Assembly (NCBI GenBank): GCA_047967505.1
Contig: CM106538.1
Reading direction: 5' to 3' (one strand)
Length of the DNA: 64,000 nucleotides
Source: Dipteris shenzhenensis
Lineage: Eukaryota
A program made the translations under genes and the position numbers. Within the stretch, counting starts at the first letter, position 1, and each line of letters begins with the position of its first letter. Shown here one piece after another: positions 1 to 13,095 of this stretch. Under the pieces are notes generated by a model. It was given only the letters and a program-made list of their open reading frames with translations. It did not search any database and was not told the origin of the DNA.

Positions 1-317
1 CTATTCTAGTGGTGTATTAGTTGTGTTCTAGTGTGAAATGGGTTTAAGTCTTATGTGAGCTTGAAGTGTCAAGTGAACTTTAGGATTAGATATGATTTGG
101 TGTGATGTAAATCATCTGTGATCTTAGTGATCTTCTCTTCACTAACATCATCAATCATGTATAGTGTGTGAAAGATAAGGCACCCTCATCCCATGAAAGA
201 GGTACCATATACTTGCAATGTATGAATCACATTAGCACTATTGCCTCATTCTTGTATCCTCACACACACTCTCTCCCTATATTGCTACATTTCTCTCTCA
301 CCTTGTGATTCTCAACA
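1..317 (+). mobile_element. LTR (3' part; solo or 3' LTR) of a Copia-like family
   Basis: Ends ...tgtgattctcaaCA at 317 and is the diverged reverse complement of the LTR at 2759-3118. No PBS follows. Confidence 0.65.
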
Positions 318-340
318 ATTATTAAATTGAATATCACATT

Positions 341-361
341 ATATATATATATATATATATA
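341..361. repeat. (AT)n microsatellite
   Basis: Direct read: atatatatat... Confidence 0.9.
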
Positions 362-668
362 ATTCATTCCATGTGCCAACTTTGATGAGAAACTCAATGG
401 TGAACATTTTGATGTGAGAACCTTTCTATTGCTTATTTTGCATGGGTTGAGTTCATATTAAAGTGATGAAAATAAAAAGATGTTAAAGTGGAGAATGGAG
501 AGAAGAGTGCACAACCACAATGGGTTAAGTAAGCACTAGATTTCAAATTAAGGAAAATGAAAATATATACACCTTACCCGTTAGGGTTAAGGTCAAGGTT
601 TTCCCATGTCCCCTTTTAGGCTCCTCTCTAGACCTTAGTATATGGTGTATTTTACTCTATTATCAACA

Positions 669-1320
669 CTCCCTCTTAAGTTTCACTATATAAGTAGAAG
701 GTGCATCACGAAAATTTTTTGGATTTTTTGTCAAAAGTCTAAAAACTTCTCAAGGGAAAGTGGATATCTAGGACTTGTTCTTGTGTTAGACAATGGAAAA
801 TTCTTATTGATGATTTTGTCTCTAATGAAGCAATAATGTACTTCACTATGCTTTGTTCTAGCATGAAAGATTGCATTCCTCTCAAGTTGAATGCTGCTCA
901 TATTGTTGGAATAGATCATGGTCGGTTCTTCAGAAGAATTTTAATTTCTAAAAGATGCATTTTGAACTAGATTTTTAATATTCCACTTTGATGATGAAAA
1001 GGCCACTATGGGTTGTTTCTTGTTTTGCCAAGGTAACTTTGCTAATCCAAGATTGATATTATATCCAATTGTACATCTTTTATCATCTATACTTCCTACC
1101 CAATTAGAATTATTATAACCTTGAAATTTTAGATTTGTTAACTTGTCATATTTTAAATCATTATCCCATGTACCTTTCAAGTATCTAAGGACTCATTTAG
1201 TTGTAAGAAAATGAATCTTTTTGGGATTTTGCATAAATTGATTAAGAACACCAAAGGAATAAGAGATGCTTTGCATATATTCTTTACAAGGTCATGTAAT
1301 AGACTTCATCTATGTGAAGA
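669..1320 (-). pseudogene. Ty1/Copia RT-RNase H C-terminal remnant with PPT
   Basis: Minus-strand peptides FQGYNNSNWVGSIDDKRCTIGY...WQNKKQPIVAFSS and IYSNNMSSIQLERNAIFHARTKHSEVHYCFIRDK match Copia RNase H motifs. PPT-like cttaagagggag precedes TGTTG at 668. Frameshifts and stops present. Confidence 0.85.
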
Positions 1321-2746
1321 GTTATGCTACCAAGACCTCTTTTATTTGCCAAGTATACCTTCAAACTCTTAGCATATGACACATTTTGCATCATAAATGT
1401 GCCATAGTTGTTGAAGAACAATCATTTTAGGGGGACTACCTGGGGGGGGGGGGGGGGATCATTCATTTTATGAAAAGCAAAAGCAAGGAATTGGTAGTTG
1501 GCCCCTACACATCCATTGCACATGTGTGCATGCTCTTGCTCTTCAATGTTGTTGGTGAAGCACTTGCCAAGAATGCCTCAAAACATAATGTCGATGTAGC
1601 CTAGTGGAGCAACTGTGTAGGCTATTCAACCCAAGACTCCCAAAACTATGGGTTTAGAGTCTTCAATGTCAACTTGAAAAAGTCAAATTGCAAAAAAGAC
1701 CATAATTTGTGGGCTATACCAGCTTCAATTTGCTTTTGGAAGCTTCAATTATGGCCAATTTCACCCAAATTTGTAAATTTCCCAAACTAATAAATTTCCC
1801 TAATTTTTGGGTATGTAAGAGATTTGATGTGATAAATTTTTTGCAAAAATTCAAAAAAAAACACAATTTAAAGTTGAAAAGAATGGATACTCAAAAGAAC
1901 CACCTCAACTACAAGCAAAAGCCATAAATAAAAGTTTTTGGGCTAGACCTTGAACTATAGGTAGTGAAAGTGTGTATTGCCATCTCCTCCTCCCAAAGTT
2001 AAAACAAGAGGTGTGACTAGATCAAAGAATGGAAAGTTCCTTGATCATGGCATTAGACTCATCTTTAGACAAAGACTACCAGCTAGAAAAGATGATCCAT
2101 GCCTTGGTGCAGATCAGTGACAGAGGAGGAAATACAAACTCCCATGATGTACCAAAGGCATCTTGTTAGGGCAGCAAGCAACAATAGCAACCAATGTTGG
2201 ATAGTAAACCCAACAAGCAATGGAGCTAGCAAATCTAATAATGGGAGTGCAACTGCATACAATCATCCAAGGTAGAAAGATGCAAGAAACAATGCCTTTG
2301 TTGAGGAAATAATCAAAGAGATACTCAAACCAAGCAGTGATTCAAAAATCAAAATGAATGGAACCTCTAAAATTGGTAAAAACAACCAATTAGTCATGGC
2401 TAAGGGCAAGACCAAGAACTTCCTTAAAAATGGTGATGGTAGGAGTTACAATAATATGGCATCCAAAATCATGTAGAATCAGGTGTTGGGTAGATATTGA
2501 ATAGGCAACGGTGTATTGGAGCAAAATGTCACATGCTTTTTTAGCAATCCAAATTATGAGTTTGGCTGAGTAGGTCTAGAGCCGCAAGTGTTGGGCTGAG
2601 AGGAGTAGAACATGGGACCTAAGTGGTGTAGATCGATATGACTAGTAGCAAAACAATCATCCATGACAACACAAGAAGAATCGCCAATGGCTTGCACAAC
2701 TCTCCTTCAAAATGGTGGTGCGGAGTCCACCTGGATCATCACCCAT

Positions 2747-3118
2747 GCTCTGATAAAATGTTGAGAATCACATCATGAGAGAGAAATGCAGCAATGATAG
2801 GGAGAGAGTGTGTGAGGGAGTCAAAGTGATGTCAATAGAAATGAGGCAGCTATACTAATATGATTCATGCATGCAAGTACATGATACCTCTTTTATAGGA
2901 AGAGGGTGGCTTATCTTCCACACACTATGCATCATAGATGATGTCAGTGAAGAGAATCTCACTGACATCACACCAAATCATATCTAATCCCATAGGTCAC
3001 TTGACCCTTCTAGCTCACAAGGCTGAAAACCCCTTTCACAATAAAATCTTATGTAGAACACCACTAGCCCACCAACTAGAACCCTATTCACACTACTTAG
3101 CTCCAAAATGACCCAACA
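2747..3118 (-). mobile_element. 5' LTR (2759-3118) and tRNA-iMet-type PBS of a minus-strand Copia-like element
   Basis: TG...CA termini (tgttgaga...acccaaca). The adjacent gctctgataaaa is a degenerate reverse complement of the TGGTATCAGAGC PBS. Confidence 0.7.
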
Positions 3119-3919
3119 ATAATCTCATTAACTCTGACAAAGTGTATGATAGTTAAAGCTAGTGACTCACTATTGGGTACATCAAATATTTTTATACTAC
3201 CTGGTTTTATTTCTTGAGAAATGTTTATTAGCCAACCTCTAGATTGTACATTGTACTTTCATGGTGACACACTCATATGTGTCAAGCTTTAGAAGTCCCA
3301 TATGCTAACACTTTAGTCATGTTACTAGTACGGATGTAAAATCATGTCCAAGTCCTAGAGACATCCCAATTTCATGGATGTTACTAGCCATGGATGCAAA
3401 AATATTTTACTAGTTATGTTAATAGTCATGGATACAAAATCATGTCCAAGTCATAAAGACATTCCAATTTCAATTCAAAACAAATCAACCACTACTTCTC
3501 AATCGAATGCAAGTATTTTAAATCATCCACGAGGACAACAACAACAAAATCAACTTTCGATAGATTACCACCATGTTTCTTATGGTCTAGCATTAGTATT
3601 TGTTAATTAAGGCACATTCTACATGTTTCTTACTCCATTGAAGGTTCATACATAAAGAAGAAGGATAATCAATTACGAGCATCTCTACAAAACCACTTTC
3701 CTCGACTTTCTTTGACACCCTTTTCCTAATTTTGTGAACCCCCCCTCCCTGGGCCTCTCTCTCTCTCTTTGTGTATATGACTATGGTGGACATGTACGGT
3801 GATATCACTGAGTATGTCTACATAGTTTTCTCTAATGGGTTAGGATGCTCGTTTAGTAGCTCCATTCTTGTCTTCTATCAACCTCATAGACCCATAAGTC
3901 TTTAGCAGACTTTAATAAA

Positions 3920-3920
<1 letters not shown>

Positions 3921-3968
<48 letters not shown>

Positions 3969-4020
3969 GTGTGTGCATGCTCACGTGCACGTGCACACAC
4001 ACACACACACACACACATAT
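3921..4020. repeat. compound (TC)n/(AC)n microsatellite
   Basis: Direct read. Confidence 0.9.
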
Positions 4021-4717
4021 GCATGCATGTCATACTGCTATTAAGACTATACTTTTGGACATGATTGTATGTCTTTTGATCAATATATGATATAAACACC
4101 TTTTTTACCCCAAAAAAAAAAAAATGACATTCACATCATTATTAATCTATCTCAAATCCAATGCTTACTTGGAATTTGCAGGGGCAACTGTCATTCTATG
4201 CCAATTCCCAATGTTTGATCCATATTTCCAGGATGTGAGGTTTCTAATACCTCCATAGTAGCCTATCTCCATCCCTTGGCCTCCTTGTAAACCTTGACGG
4301 AAGGTAGGGGCATGCCCCTAATTTTTCTATGAGCATACTTCCTCACATGTTCAGGTAAGGGATGGGGGAACCATCCATCACTCACAAACCATGAGATGAC
4401 TAGTGGGTTTCTAAACACATGGATACTAAAATTATAGCCTAGGTGGAGCAGTGACCGCTAAAGTGGTTTGGGTGTACATCCAACTGAACGGCTACTCATG
4501 TGTCGATTCCTCTTAGGGGGAGCATACTTACTGCCTATTAACATAGGCCACCAGTGGTGTGCTTCATGTGTGTTTGTGTTTTCTTTTTTTTGGGGGAAGG
4601 GAGGGGGGGTGGGGGAGGGGGGAATAAGGAAAACAAGGTGGAAAAAACACTACGGCCCTACTATTGAATTATAGTTTTCTCTCTCTTTACTAGCTATATG
4701 TATATCTATGTGATTGA

Positions 4718-6602
4718 GTGGTCTGTCCAATCTACAAGAGTAGTTCCTGCAATAGCATTTTCTTTTGGAATGTTATTCCATATGTGGTCTCATTTGAGAA
4801 GCTGAACGCAATCATCTCCATCGGAGAAATGGAGGTGGAAATGCGTGTTCTGTCGCATTGGGACATCGATGGCAACGAGCAATTCATGGTGGAGTCCTCT
4901 CTCGTGAGTTTTTATAAGATTGTACACATGTTCATCGGTGCTTCGGATGACATAGTTGATGTTGAATCCCTCGAGAATGTGGATGTACCAGATACCACCG
5001 ACGCTTCGATGGTGAACGTGGAACATTGTCCGTAGCCTTCGGCTTGTGACGATGACTGTGTGCTCCTTCGTGAGGGGGACAACAGCTATTGATCAATCCA
5101 TGTACATGATTCGGATGAGGAGACAAGTGAACACACCACCAAAACCCCAAAGAGTGTGTTGCCCTTAATATTTAGCAGCAAGGGTGCCAATGGCCTAAAG
5201 AAAAGAATAAGGAACCTCAATAATAACGTCCACATTGCAGAAATCCCTAGGTAGTACGATGGCAATGTCGTTTTTGAGTTGCCTCCCACTTTGGGGGAAT
5301 GCAGCAAGATGAATGGGATATATGGAGCAAAAGTTTGATGGACATATATGGACACGAGCAGTGACAACCAATATGTCCATTGATTGCATAGTCAAGGTAA
5401 GTTACTGTGTTGGCTTGCTTGAGTGTCGGAGCAACACATGTCCTTATCATCGTCCTTATCATCGCAACAATAAGAGAACAAACACCACATTCTTCAAAGG
5501 GTGCGCGGAAAAGAAAGTTGCCGCGGGACTTCGGGTGGACATGCCAAACACTATCTCATGCGACTACTATCGCAAGCCAGTTTACTGCATCGATGCTTGC
5601 AGTTGTATCGTATATTATGTCATGCCAAACAATGATTCCATGACTCAATTGCTAGTGCATGTGGGGGAACACCGACACAACGTGCAACTTGGCACATCTC
5701 GACAAATGATATAGAAAGTGCAACAGCTGGTGTCAAATGTTGTTTCAGTGGACAGAAATCCTAGGCCATGCAAAATCCAAATGAGCATTGCGAGAGAGCT
5801 GGTGATGTCGTCCCTGATAGAACCCAATTCTGGAAGCACACTAAAGACAATTGGAGAGTTTGAGCTCACCAACTTGTTGGACGAGTTGGGTCCACTTGTT
5901 GAGAATCACAAGTAACATTCTGGACCAAAACAAAAGTTTTATTGGCCTTCCTGATAACTGTATTTTAAAATTAGTATTGATTTGTCTCTTAGGTTCAAAC
6001 GTATAGTTTCATATGTTAAGAAGACCACCGTCCTCGTGGAGATGGTTATGATGCAATCTTGTCCTTGAAGAGACACTCCACCTTTCCATTCTTTCACGAG
6101 AGTCATTTCCCTGGCCAGGGAGGCCCAAACAATAGATGTTTTGTCTTCAAGATGTCTATGAAGGGGCCTAGCTCATGATTGGAATTGGTCAATAGGATGT
6201 GACGAACTAGTTCTGGTGATCTCAACAAAGCTTGGTGCCAATTTGATCACACCCACAAGGTTGTTGGATGGGTTACCATGGCTTGCCATGTGTATGATCC
6301 CAAGTAAGGTATTTGATACTGTTGTTCCCATGATTGTGTTTGTAGTTGTGGACCATTCGTCACTATTTTCACATTTGCAGTGCTCAAGAGTTGATGACAA
6401 TTGCTATGTGCGAGATGGAGGAGGAGGATAGCACCACCCAGTTGCAGAAGATTTCCACGGTTTCATGGTAGATGAGGTAGGAGCAAACTAGATTGCAATT
6501 CAAATAGTTTTTAATGGAGGTCTTGACAGGCCGATGCGAGATCATGAGAGGTTGTGTCTCTTCCATTGGGAGAAAAGTCTCCACAAGCATGCAAGGGATT
6601 TG
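4718..6602 (+). pseudogene. Mutator-like (MULE) DDE transposase pseudogene with N-terminal GCM/WRKY-like Cys/His domain
   Basis: FDGHIW...SYCVGLLECRSNTC...C..Y....C...HVGEHRH (5313-5714); FDHTHKVVGWVTMACHVYDPK (6242-6304, then an intron); MTIAMCEMEEED...FHGFMVDEVGAN...ERLCLFHWEKSL (MULE D..D..CxxH). Stops present; truncated by satellite at ~6600. Confidence 0.75.
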
Positions 6603-7305
6603 GCAAGATCAGGGAGAGCAATCAACTCAATACCCCTTCCATTTTGGTACCAATCAGATAAGTGCACATATCAATGTCGTTGCCCGATGCATATTTTTCC
6701 TTCACATACCTACCATGCACATGAAAAATCAGGCATTTTGCTTTTTTAACCACACATATGGGGTCTGATCCACTCTATACTTGGAAACCTCATGTAAAAC
6801 ACCCAATGTAAGACCCTTGCCAATTTTGGTACCAATCGGATAAGTGCACATAGCAATGTCATTGGCTGATGCATAATTTTTTGTTCACGTACGCACCATG
6901 CACACAGAAAATTAGGCATTTGGCCTTCCTGATTGCACATATGGGGTCCAATGCACTTGATACATGGAAAGATCATGAAAACAAATCAACTTAAGACCCT
7001 TGCCAAGTTTAATACCAATCGGATAATTTCACATATCAATGTCATTCGCCAATGCGTATTTTTCCTTAACATACGTACCATGCACACGAAAAATCGGGCA
7101 TTTGGCTTTCCTGACTGCAAATATGGGGTCTGATGCACTTGATACTTGGCAAGATCATGGAAACTACTCAATTTAATACCCCTTCCAAGTTTGGTACTAA
7201 TTGGATAAGTGCACATATAGATGTCGTTGGCTAATATGCATTTTTGCTTCACGTACGTACCATGCACACGGAAAATCGGGCATTTGGCCTTTCCAACCGC
7301 ACATA
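6600..7305 (+). repeat. ~182-bp tandem repeat, about 4 copies, forward orientation
   Basis: Motif ggtaccaatcggataagtgcacatatcaatgtc recurs at ~6646, 6828, 7012 and 7192. Confidence 0.9.
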
Positions 7306-7680
7306 CTGGTCAAGAATTTTCTTGATTTGTGCAATAGGTTGGATTGAGCAACAAGTTGGGGGATATATCCAACCTGTTACACAAATCAAGAAAATTCTTG
7401 ACTTGTGGAACAGGTTGGATACATTAACAGGTTGGGGGCTATATCAATCTGTTGCACAAATCAAGAAAATTCTTGACTTGTAGAACAAGTTGTATATATC
7501 CCCCAACCTGTTGCTTGAGCAATAGGTTGGGGAATATATCCAATTTGTTGCACAAATCAAGAAAATTATTGATTTGTGCAACATGTTGGATATCCCCCAA
7601 CCTGTTGAGCAACAGGTTGGGGGTGCACTCCCAACCTCTTACAACAAGTTGGGAGGTATATCCAATTTGTTGCACAAAGT
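7306..7680. repeat. short palindromic repeat block at the satellite inversion point
   Basis: Repeated tcaagaaaattcttga and caacaggttgg/ccaacctgttg units in both orientations. Confidence 0.75.
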
Positions 7681-8545
7681 CTTAAGTTGAGTGGTTTCCA
7701 TGACCTTGCCAAGTATCAAGTGAATCGGACATGGCATGTACGGTTGGGAAGGCCAAAAGCCAAATTTTCCGTGTGCATGGTAAGTACGTGAAGGAAAAAT
7801 ACATATCGGCAAATGACATTGATATGTGCACTTGTTTGAATGGTACCAAACTTGACACCACTCTTAAGTCAATTGGTTTCCATGATCTCGCCAAGTATCA
7901 AGTGCATCGGACCTCGTATGTGCGGTCGGGAAGGCCAAATGCTTGATTTTCCATGTGCATGGTATGCACGTGAAGGAAAAATACGCATTGACCATTGACA
8001 TTTATATGTGCACTTATACGATTGGTACAAAAATTGGAAGGGGTCTTAAATTGAGTGGTTTCCATGATCTTTCCAAGTATCAAGTGCATCAGTTCGTGTA
8101 TTTGTAGTCAGAAAGGCCAAATGCCCAATTTTCTGTGCGCATGGTACGTATGTGAAGGAAAAATACGCATCCAACGACATTGATATGTGCACTTATCTGA
8201 TTGGTATCAACTTAGAAGGGGTCTTAAACTGAGTTATTTCCATGATCTTGCAAAATATCAAGCGTATGTACGTGAAGGAAAAATACACATTAGTCAATGA
8301 CATTGATATGTGCTCTTATCTAATTGGTGCCAAACTTGGCATGGGGCTTAAGGTGAGTGGTTTCCATGATCTTGCCAAGTATCAAGTGCATCAGACCCTG
8401 TATGTACGGTCAGGAAGGACAAATGCCCAATTTTTTGTGTGCATGGTATGTACATGAAGGAAAAATATGCATCAGCCACCAACGACATTTATATGTGCAG
8501 TGATCTGATTGGTACCAAACTTGGTAAGGGTCTTAAGTTGAGTGG
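7681..8545 (-). repeat. ~182-bp tandem repeat, about 5 copies, inverted relative to 6600-7305
   Basis: gacattgatatgtgcactt...ggtaccaaacttg is the reverse complement of the left-arm unit. Confidence 0.9.
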
Positions 8546-8881
8546 CTGACTATTTCCCAAGCAAGGAAAGCTCCTCGACTAGTTTCGTGCATAGCACCGA
8601 CGTGCAAGAAGCTATCATGGAACTTGGAACACTCACCGCTTTGACACCTGCTGCTATCTTGCTGCATGCTACTGTTAGGAGACAACTCGCCGCAGGCCTC
8701 TATGTAGCAGACAAAAGATCTTCTGCTCGACCACATTGTCATCAGTCACTTCCACCACTTGCTTGTGGGAAGCTTGACTAACGTTGGATCTTCAAACGTT
8801 ATTTCTGTGCAGGCATGCGCAACATTAACACTGACTCTGGGTTGTTTGTTCTAGTGTCATGTGCGTCGAGTCTTCGTCTGC

Positions 8882-9265
8882 AAGGTCTGTGTTAACGTGA
8901 CCTTATTGACCTCACTCTCTCGGCCGGAGATTCTGGCTTCCCTTTTAAATTTTGCGCCTATTATTTGCGATAACACAGGCTTGGCAAACAAACTCGTTTC
9001 AGGAGGCCAACAGGGAACTATAGGACTTGAATAGACCAAATAAGGTATGCGATAATGCATACCTTTTTCCACCTCACTCTCTCAGCCGCAGATTCTCGCT
9101 TTCCTTTTAGAATGTGCGCCTATTATTTGTGACTGGGAAATGACTGATGGGGACATTGCCAGACATTTTAGGTTTGCGTTAACGCAGACCATTCTCTACT
9201 TCATTCTCTAGTGGATCATCTGAAACCCATTTCAGGAGGCCAATGGGAACTTTAGAATTTGAAGA
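8882..9265. repeat. fragment of the palindrome-bearing repeat also present at 34716-36375
   Basis: aaggtctgtgttaacgtgaccttatt...cactctctcggccggagattc and gcgttaacgcagaccattctctacttcattctc match units at 35330 and 35230. Confidence 0.8.
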
Positions 9266-9367
9266 AACTTTGAATCAAAAGATTTCTGTATTTCGCACTT
9301 GCATGTCTCGATTGCTTCTTCTTTGAGTTTTTACATTTCTGTTTCAGCTTCTTCAAAGTATCGAAAG

Positions 9368-10020
9368 TGTTAGAGGTTGTAGCACCCCCATTAGATTTGG
9401 CAATCCTCAACACCGAATGACTCAGAACTCCGCCAAGCTGTTACTACGACTCAACATCAAGGCCATTCAAAGATTCACACACAACCACAATCGATACCAA
9501 ATCCAAAGCACTGCGGAGTGCCAAGATGACAAATACTGCTACATGAATCCAAAGCACCATGGACAAGCCGCAAACAGTTGCGAAGGTGTTCAAGGAGGGA
9601 TTGAGCATATATCTCTAGCTCAACATCAAACTTTCAAAGGATCACAAATGGTTTATCGACACAGTCTGTCTACTGTTTCAAAGGGATACCAAAATTCTCA
9701 AGGAGAGAGTTCTTTTGGCTTTCACAACTAAGAAGAGGAAAACTATCTCAAAAGCCTGAGTACTGCTCGAGATACAAAAGAGTTCTCCCAAAAACTTCTC
9801 TATCTAACCTCTCAAATCTGTGAGAGTTACAAAATAACTTGCTCATAACAGTTGATAGTTACACTGATAGATTTCAGTTACATTAGGACTCCATCAATAC
9901 TATAAAATAGTCCCTATTTGTCTAAATACTGAGTACTCTTCTGAAGACATTTGACTCACTTAGTAACATGTCTATTGCTTATACTAAGGGGTTATCTTCG
10001 GCCAAAAGCACCTCTCAACA
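9368..10020. mobile_element. probable solo LTR
   Basis: TGTTAGAGG...CCTCTCAACA inverted termini. Flanks gaaag/ggaag form an imperfect 5-bp TSD. No coding homology seen. Confidence 0.6.
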
Positions 10021-11520
10021 GGAAGGCCAAATGTGGTATTTACCATGTGCATGGTATGCAGCATGAAGGAAAAATATGCATTGGCCGAAGGCCTAAGGCC
10101 CCAATTTCCATGTGCATGGTATGCGTGTGAATAAAAAATATGAATAGGCCGATGACATTGGTATGTCCACTTGTTCGATGGGTGCCAAACTTGATGGGGA
10201 CCTTAAGGTAAGTGGTTTCCATGGTCTTTCCAAGTATCATGAGCATTCGATACGGTATGTCCAGTCGAGAAGTCCTAAAGCCTGAACTTCCATGTGCTTG
10301 GTATGCACGTGAAAAAAAATACGCATCGGCCGATGGCATTTGTATGTCCACTTGTTACATGGGTACCAAACTTGACGGGGGCCTTAAGGAAAGTTGTTTC
10401 CATGATTGTGCCAAGTATCACGAGCATCCGACACCATATGTCTGGTCGGGAAGGCCTAAAGCCCCAATTTCCATGTGCATGGTACGCACGTGAATGAAAA
10501 ATGCGCATAGGCTGATGACATTGGTAAGTCAACTTGTCCGATGGATACCAAAATTGATGGGAGCCTTAATGCAAGTGGTTTCCATGATATTGCCAAGTAT
10601 CATGAGCATACGACACCGTATGTATAGTCGGGAAGGCCTAAAGCCCCAATTTCCATGTGCATGGTTTGCATGTGAAGGAAAAAATATGCATCGGCCGATG
10701 ACATGTGTATGTCCCTTGTTAGATGGGTACCAAACTTGATGCGAACCTAAAGTCAAGTGGTTTCCATGATCTTTCCAAGTATCATGGGCATCCGACACCA
10801 GATGTTTGGTCGGGAAGGCCTAAAGCCCCAAATTCCATGTGCATGGTACGCACATGAAGGAAAAAATATGCATCGGCCGATGACATTGGTATGTAAACTT
10901 GTCCGATGGATACCAAACTTGACAGGGGGCTCAAGGAAAGTGGTTTCCATGATCTTTCCAAGTGTCATGTGCATCCAAGACCGTATGTTTGGTCGAGAAG
11001 GCCTAAAGCCCCAATTTTCCATGTGCATGCTACGCATGTGAAGGAGAAATTTGCATCGACCAGTGACATTGGTATTTGAACTTGTTCGATGGGTACAAAA
11101 CTTAACGGGGGCCTTAAGGAAAGTGGTTCCCTTGATCTTGCCAAGTGTCATGTGCATTGAAGGCCGTATGTCTGGTCGGGAAGGCCTAAAGCCCCAATTT
11201 TCCATGTGCATGCTATGCACGTGAAGGAAAAATATGCATCGACCCACGACATTGGTATGTTAACTTGTCTGATGGATACAAAACTTGACCAATACGCATC
11301 GGCAAGTGGTTCCCATGATCTTGCCAAGTGTCACATGCATTCGACACCATATGTTTGGTCAGGATGTCCTAAAGCCACCATTTTCATGGTACGCACGTGA
11401 GGGGAAAATACGCATCGGCAATGAGATTGGTATGTGAACTTATTCGAAGGCCAAATGCCCTAGTTTTCTATGTGCATGGTGTGTATGTGAATGAAAAATG
11501 CGCGTCTGACAATGAGATTG
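10021..11520 (-). repeat. ~182-bp tandem repeat, divergent subfamily, about 8 copies
   Basis: Same backbone as 7681-8545 with diagnostic gaaggcctaaagccccaattt and gacattggtatg variants. Confidence 0.85.
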
Positions 11521-12979
11521 ATATTTCTACAAACAATGACCTTAAAAATCATTGACTTGGAAAAAATTTTGATTGACTTTCATTACTTTTCAATGTTATG
11601 CATGTGTCAGTGCAATTTCAAAAGATTGATTGGTCTTTAACATTGCAAGTGTATCTCTAACAATGATCCCTACATGTATCTTTTAAAATGGAATGATCGG
11701 CACACAAAATGGCCAAAGTGCCTAAAAAAGATGTACACAATGAACTGCCAAGTGTGCTAACCCAACTACTCTGGGTTTAGCCTAAAGACAATACATGTCT
11801 ACAAAGAAACTCCATACAACTATGATCATGTAGAGCCCCACTCTGAATTCGATGAAGCGGTGTCATAATCCATAATAGTAGCACATCTCTCCGGTCGACA
11901 CTCGATTTGCTATTGTGGAAGCATGTGAATCAGGATGTGAACATGTTGCCCCATCCTCATGCAATAGACGTGTTGCCCAACGTACCTCATGATCTCGTGC
12001 CCTATGCAACAACACCTGCCAGTTGCACCACAACCGAAAGTCGGCCAAGCACGGTGCCTCAAACTCACTGCGGCTCCTCTGCTCAGCATTTGCGTATCGT
12101 TAGTCCTACGCTTGCGCCTCTACACCCTTTGCATGCAATAAGGCATCTCGATGGCTCTCCCTCAAAACACAGGCCACTAGCTCTACCTCCTGAAAATCAG
12201 CATCCATCCACGCTTGAGGGGCTGGCTCCTCAATACGAACGAGAAGGTCCGCATAACCCTCCTCTCGTGCAATCCTGACAAGATCCTCCCAACTGGTATG
12301 TGAAATCTGCTATGCAAGCAAATCTGAAGCAGCCAAGATGGTAGCCATGGCCTTTAGCCAGTAGAGGCCGTTATATCCCGAAAGTAGTCATGCAATAGCC
12401 TTCCTCTTTGGAGGTTGTTTTGTAACTTCCTTCCTTACCCCTCTTTCTTTCTTTATATATATAATATGAAGTACCTTTTGCAGCAAACTTTTTTTTTTGG
12501 CTACACTTACATCAAAGAAGGCAGCTAATGTTGAGAAGCCAATATTGGAAGCCCAAATTCCATATAAAAATGCATATCATCAAGCTTGGATCATGACTAG
12601 ATCTATCGAGGTGGAGAAGCCAATTATTATGGGAAGCAGAGGGTTCTTTGCATCTTGATTGGGGATTGGGGAGCGTAAGTGATCGGTGGTATGATACCTT
12701 GAGGAGGGACAAGAGTGCGATGAACCAGGAACCTTGGAGGAACTTCTTGGAGAGGAAATAGAAAGAGAAGAGGATCTCATGATGTAGTTGTGGATGAAAA
12801 GGAAATGTAGTTTGAGGTGGCAAAGGAAGGTGGCACTATGGGCTTGGAGAAGGCCCCATTGGTAGCTTAGAAAGAGTTGGTTTGGTAGCTTTGAATTGGA
12901 CAATTTCGTAGGGACCATCAGAGATGGATCGAAAGGATCCATTACTGTACGTTGATCCTAAATTCTAATGTTTGTTGTG

Positions 12980-12998
12980 GAGAGAGAGAGAGAGAGAG
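12980..12998. repeat. (GA)n microsatellite upstream of the Cry-like gene
   Basis: Direct read. Confidence 0.85.
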
Positions 12999-13087
12999 CA
13001 CACGATTAAGATACATTCACCTGAGCTGTCATGGCGTACTTTTTTTTAAATTTTTGGGTGAAACTAGCTGTCACGCATGCACCACAA

Positions 13088-13095
13088 TATAAGTA
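13088..13095 (+). promoter_or_regulatory. candidate TATA box of the Cry-like gene
   Basis: TATAAGTA about 390 bp upstream of the first ATG; support is positional only. Confidence 0.25.

Noticed and set aside
6600-11520. Numerous 60-186 aa ORFs in the satellite arrays (also 31533-34734)
   Set aside because: They are translations of the 182-bp tandem repeat on both strands, with frame changes between units.
11863-12942. Possible genes in ORFs 11907-12278 and 12580-12942
   Set aside because: No recognisable domain or consistent splice structure; probably retroelement-derived or non-coding.
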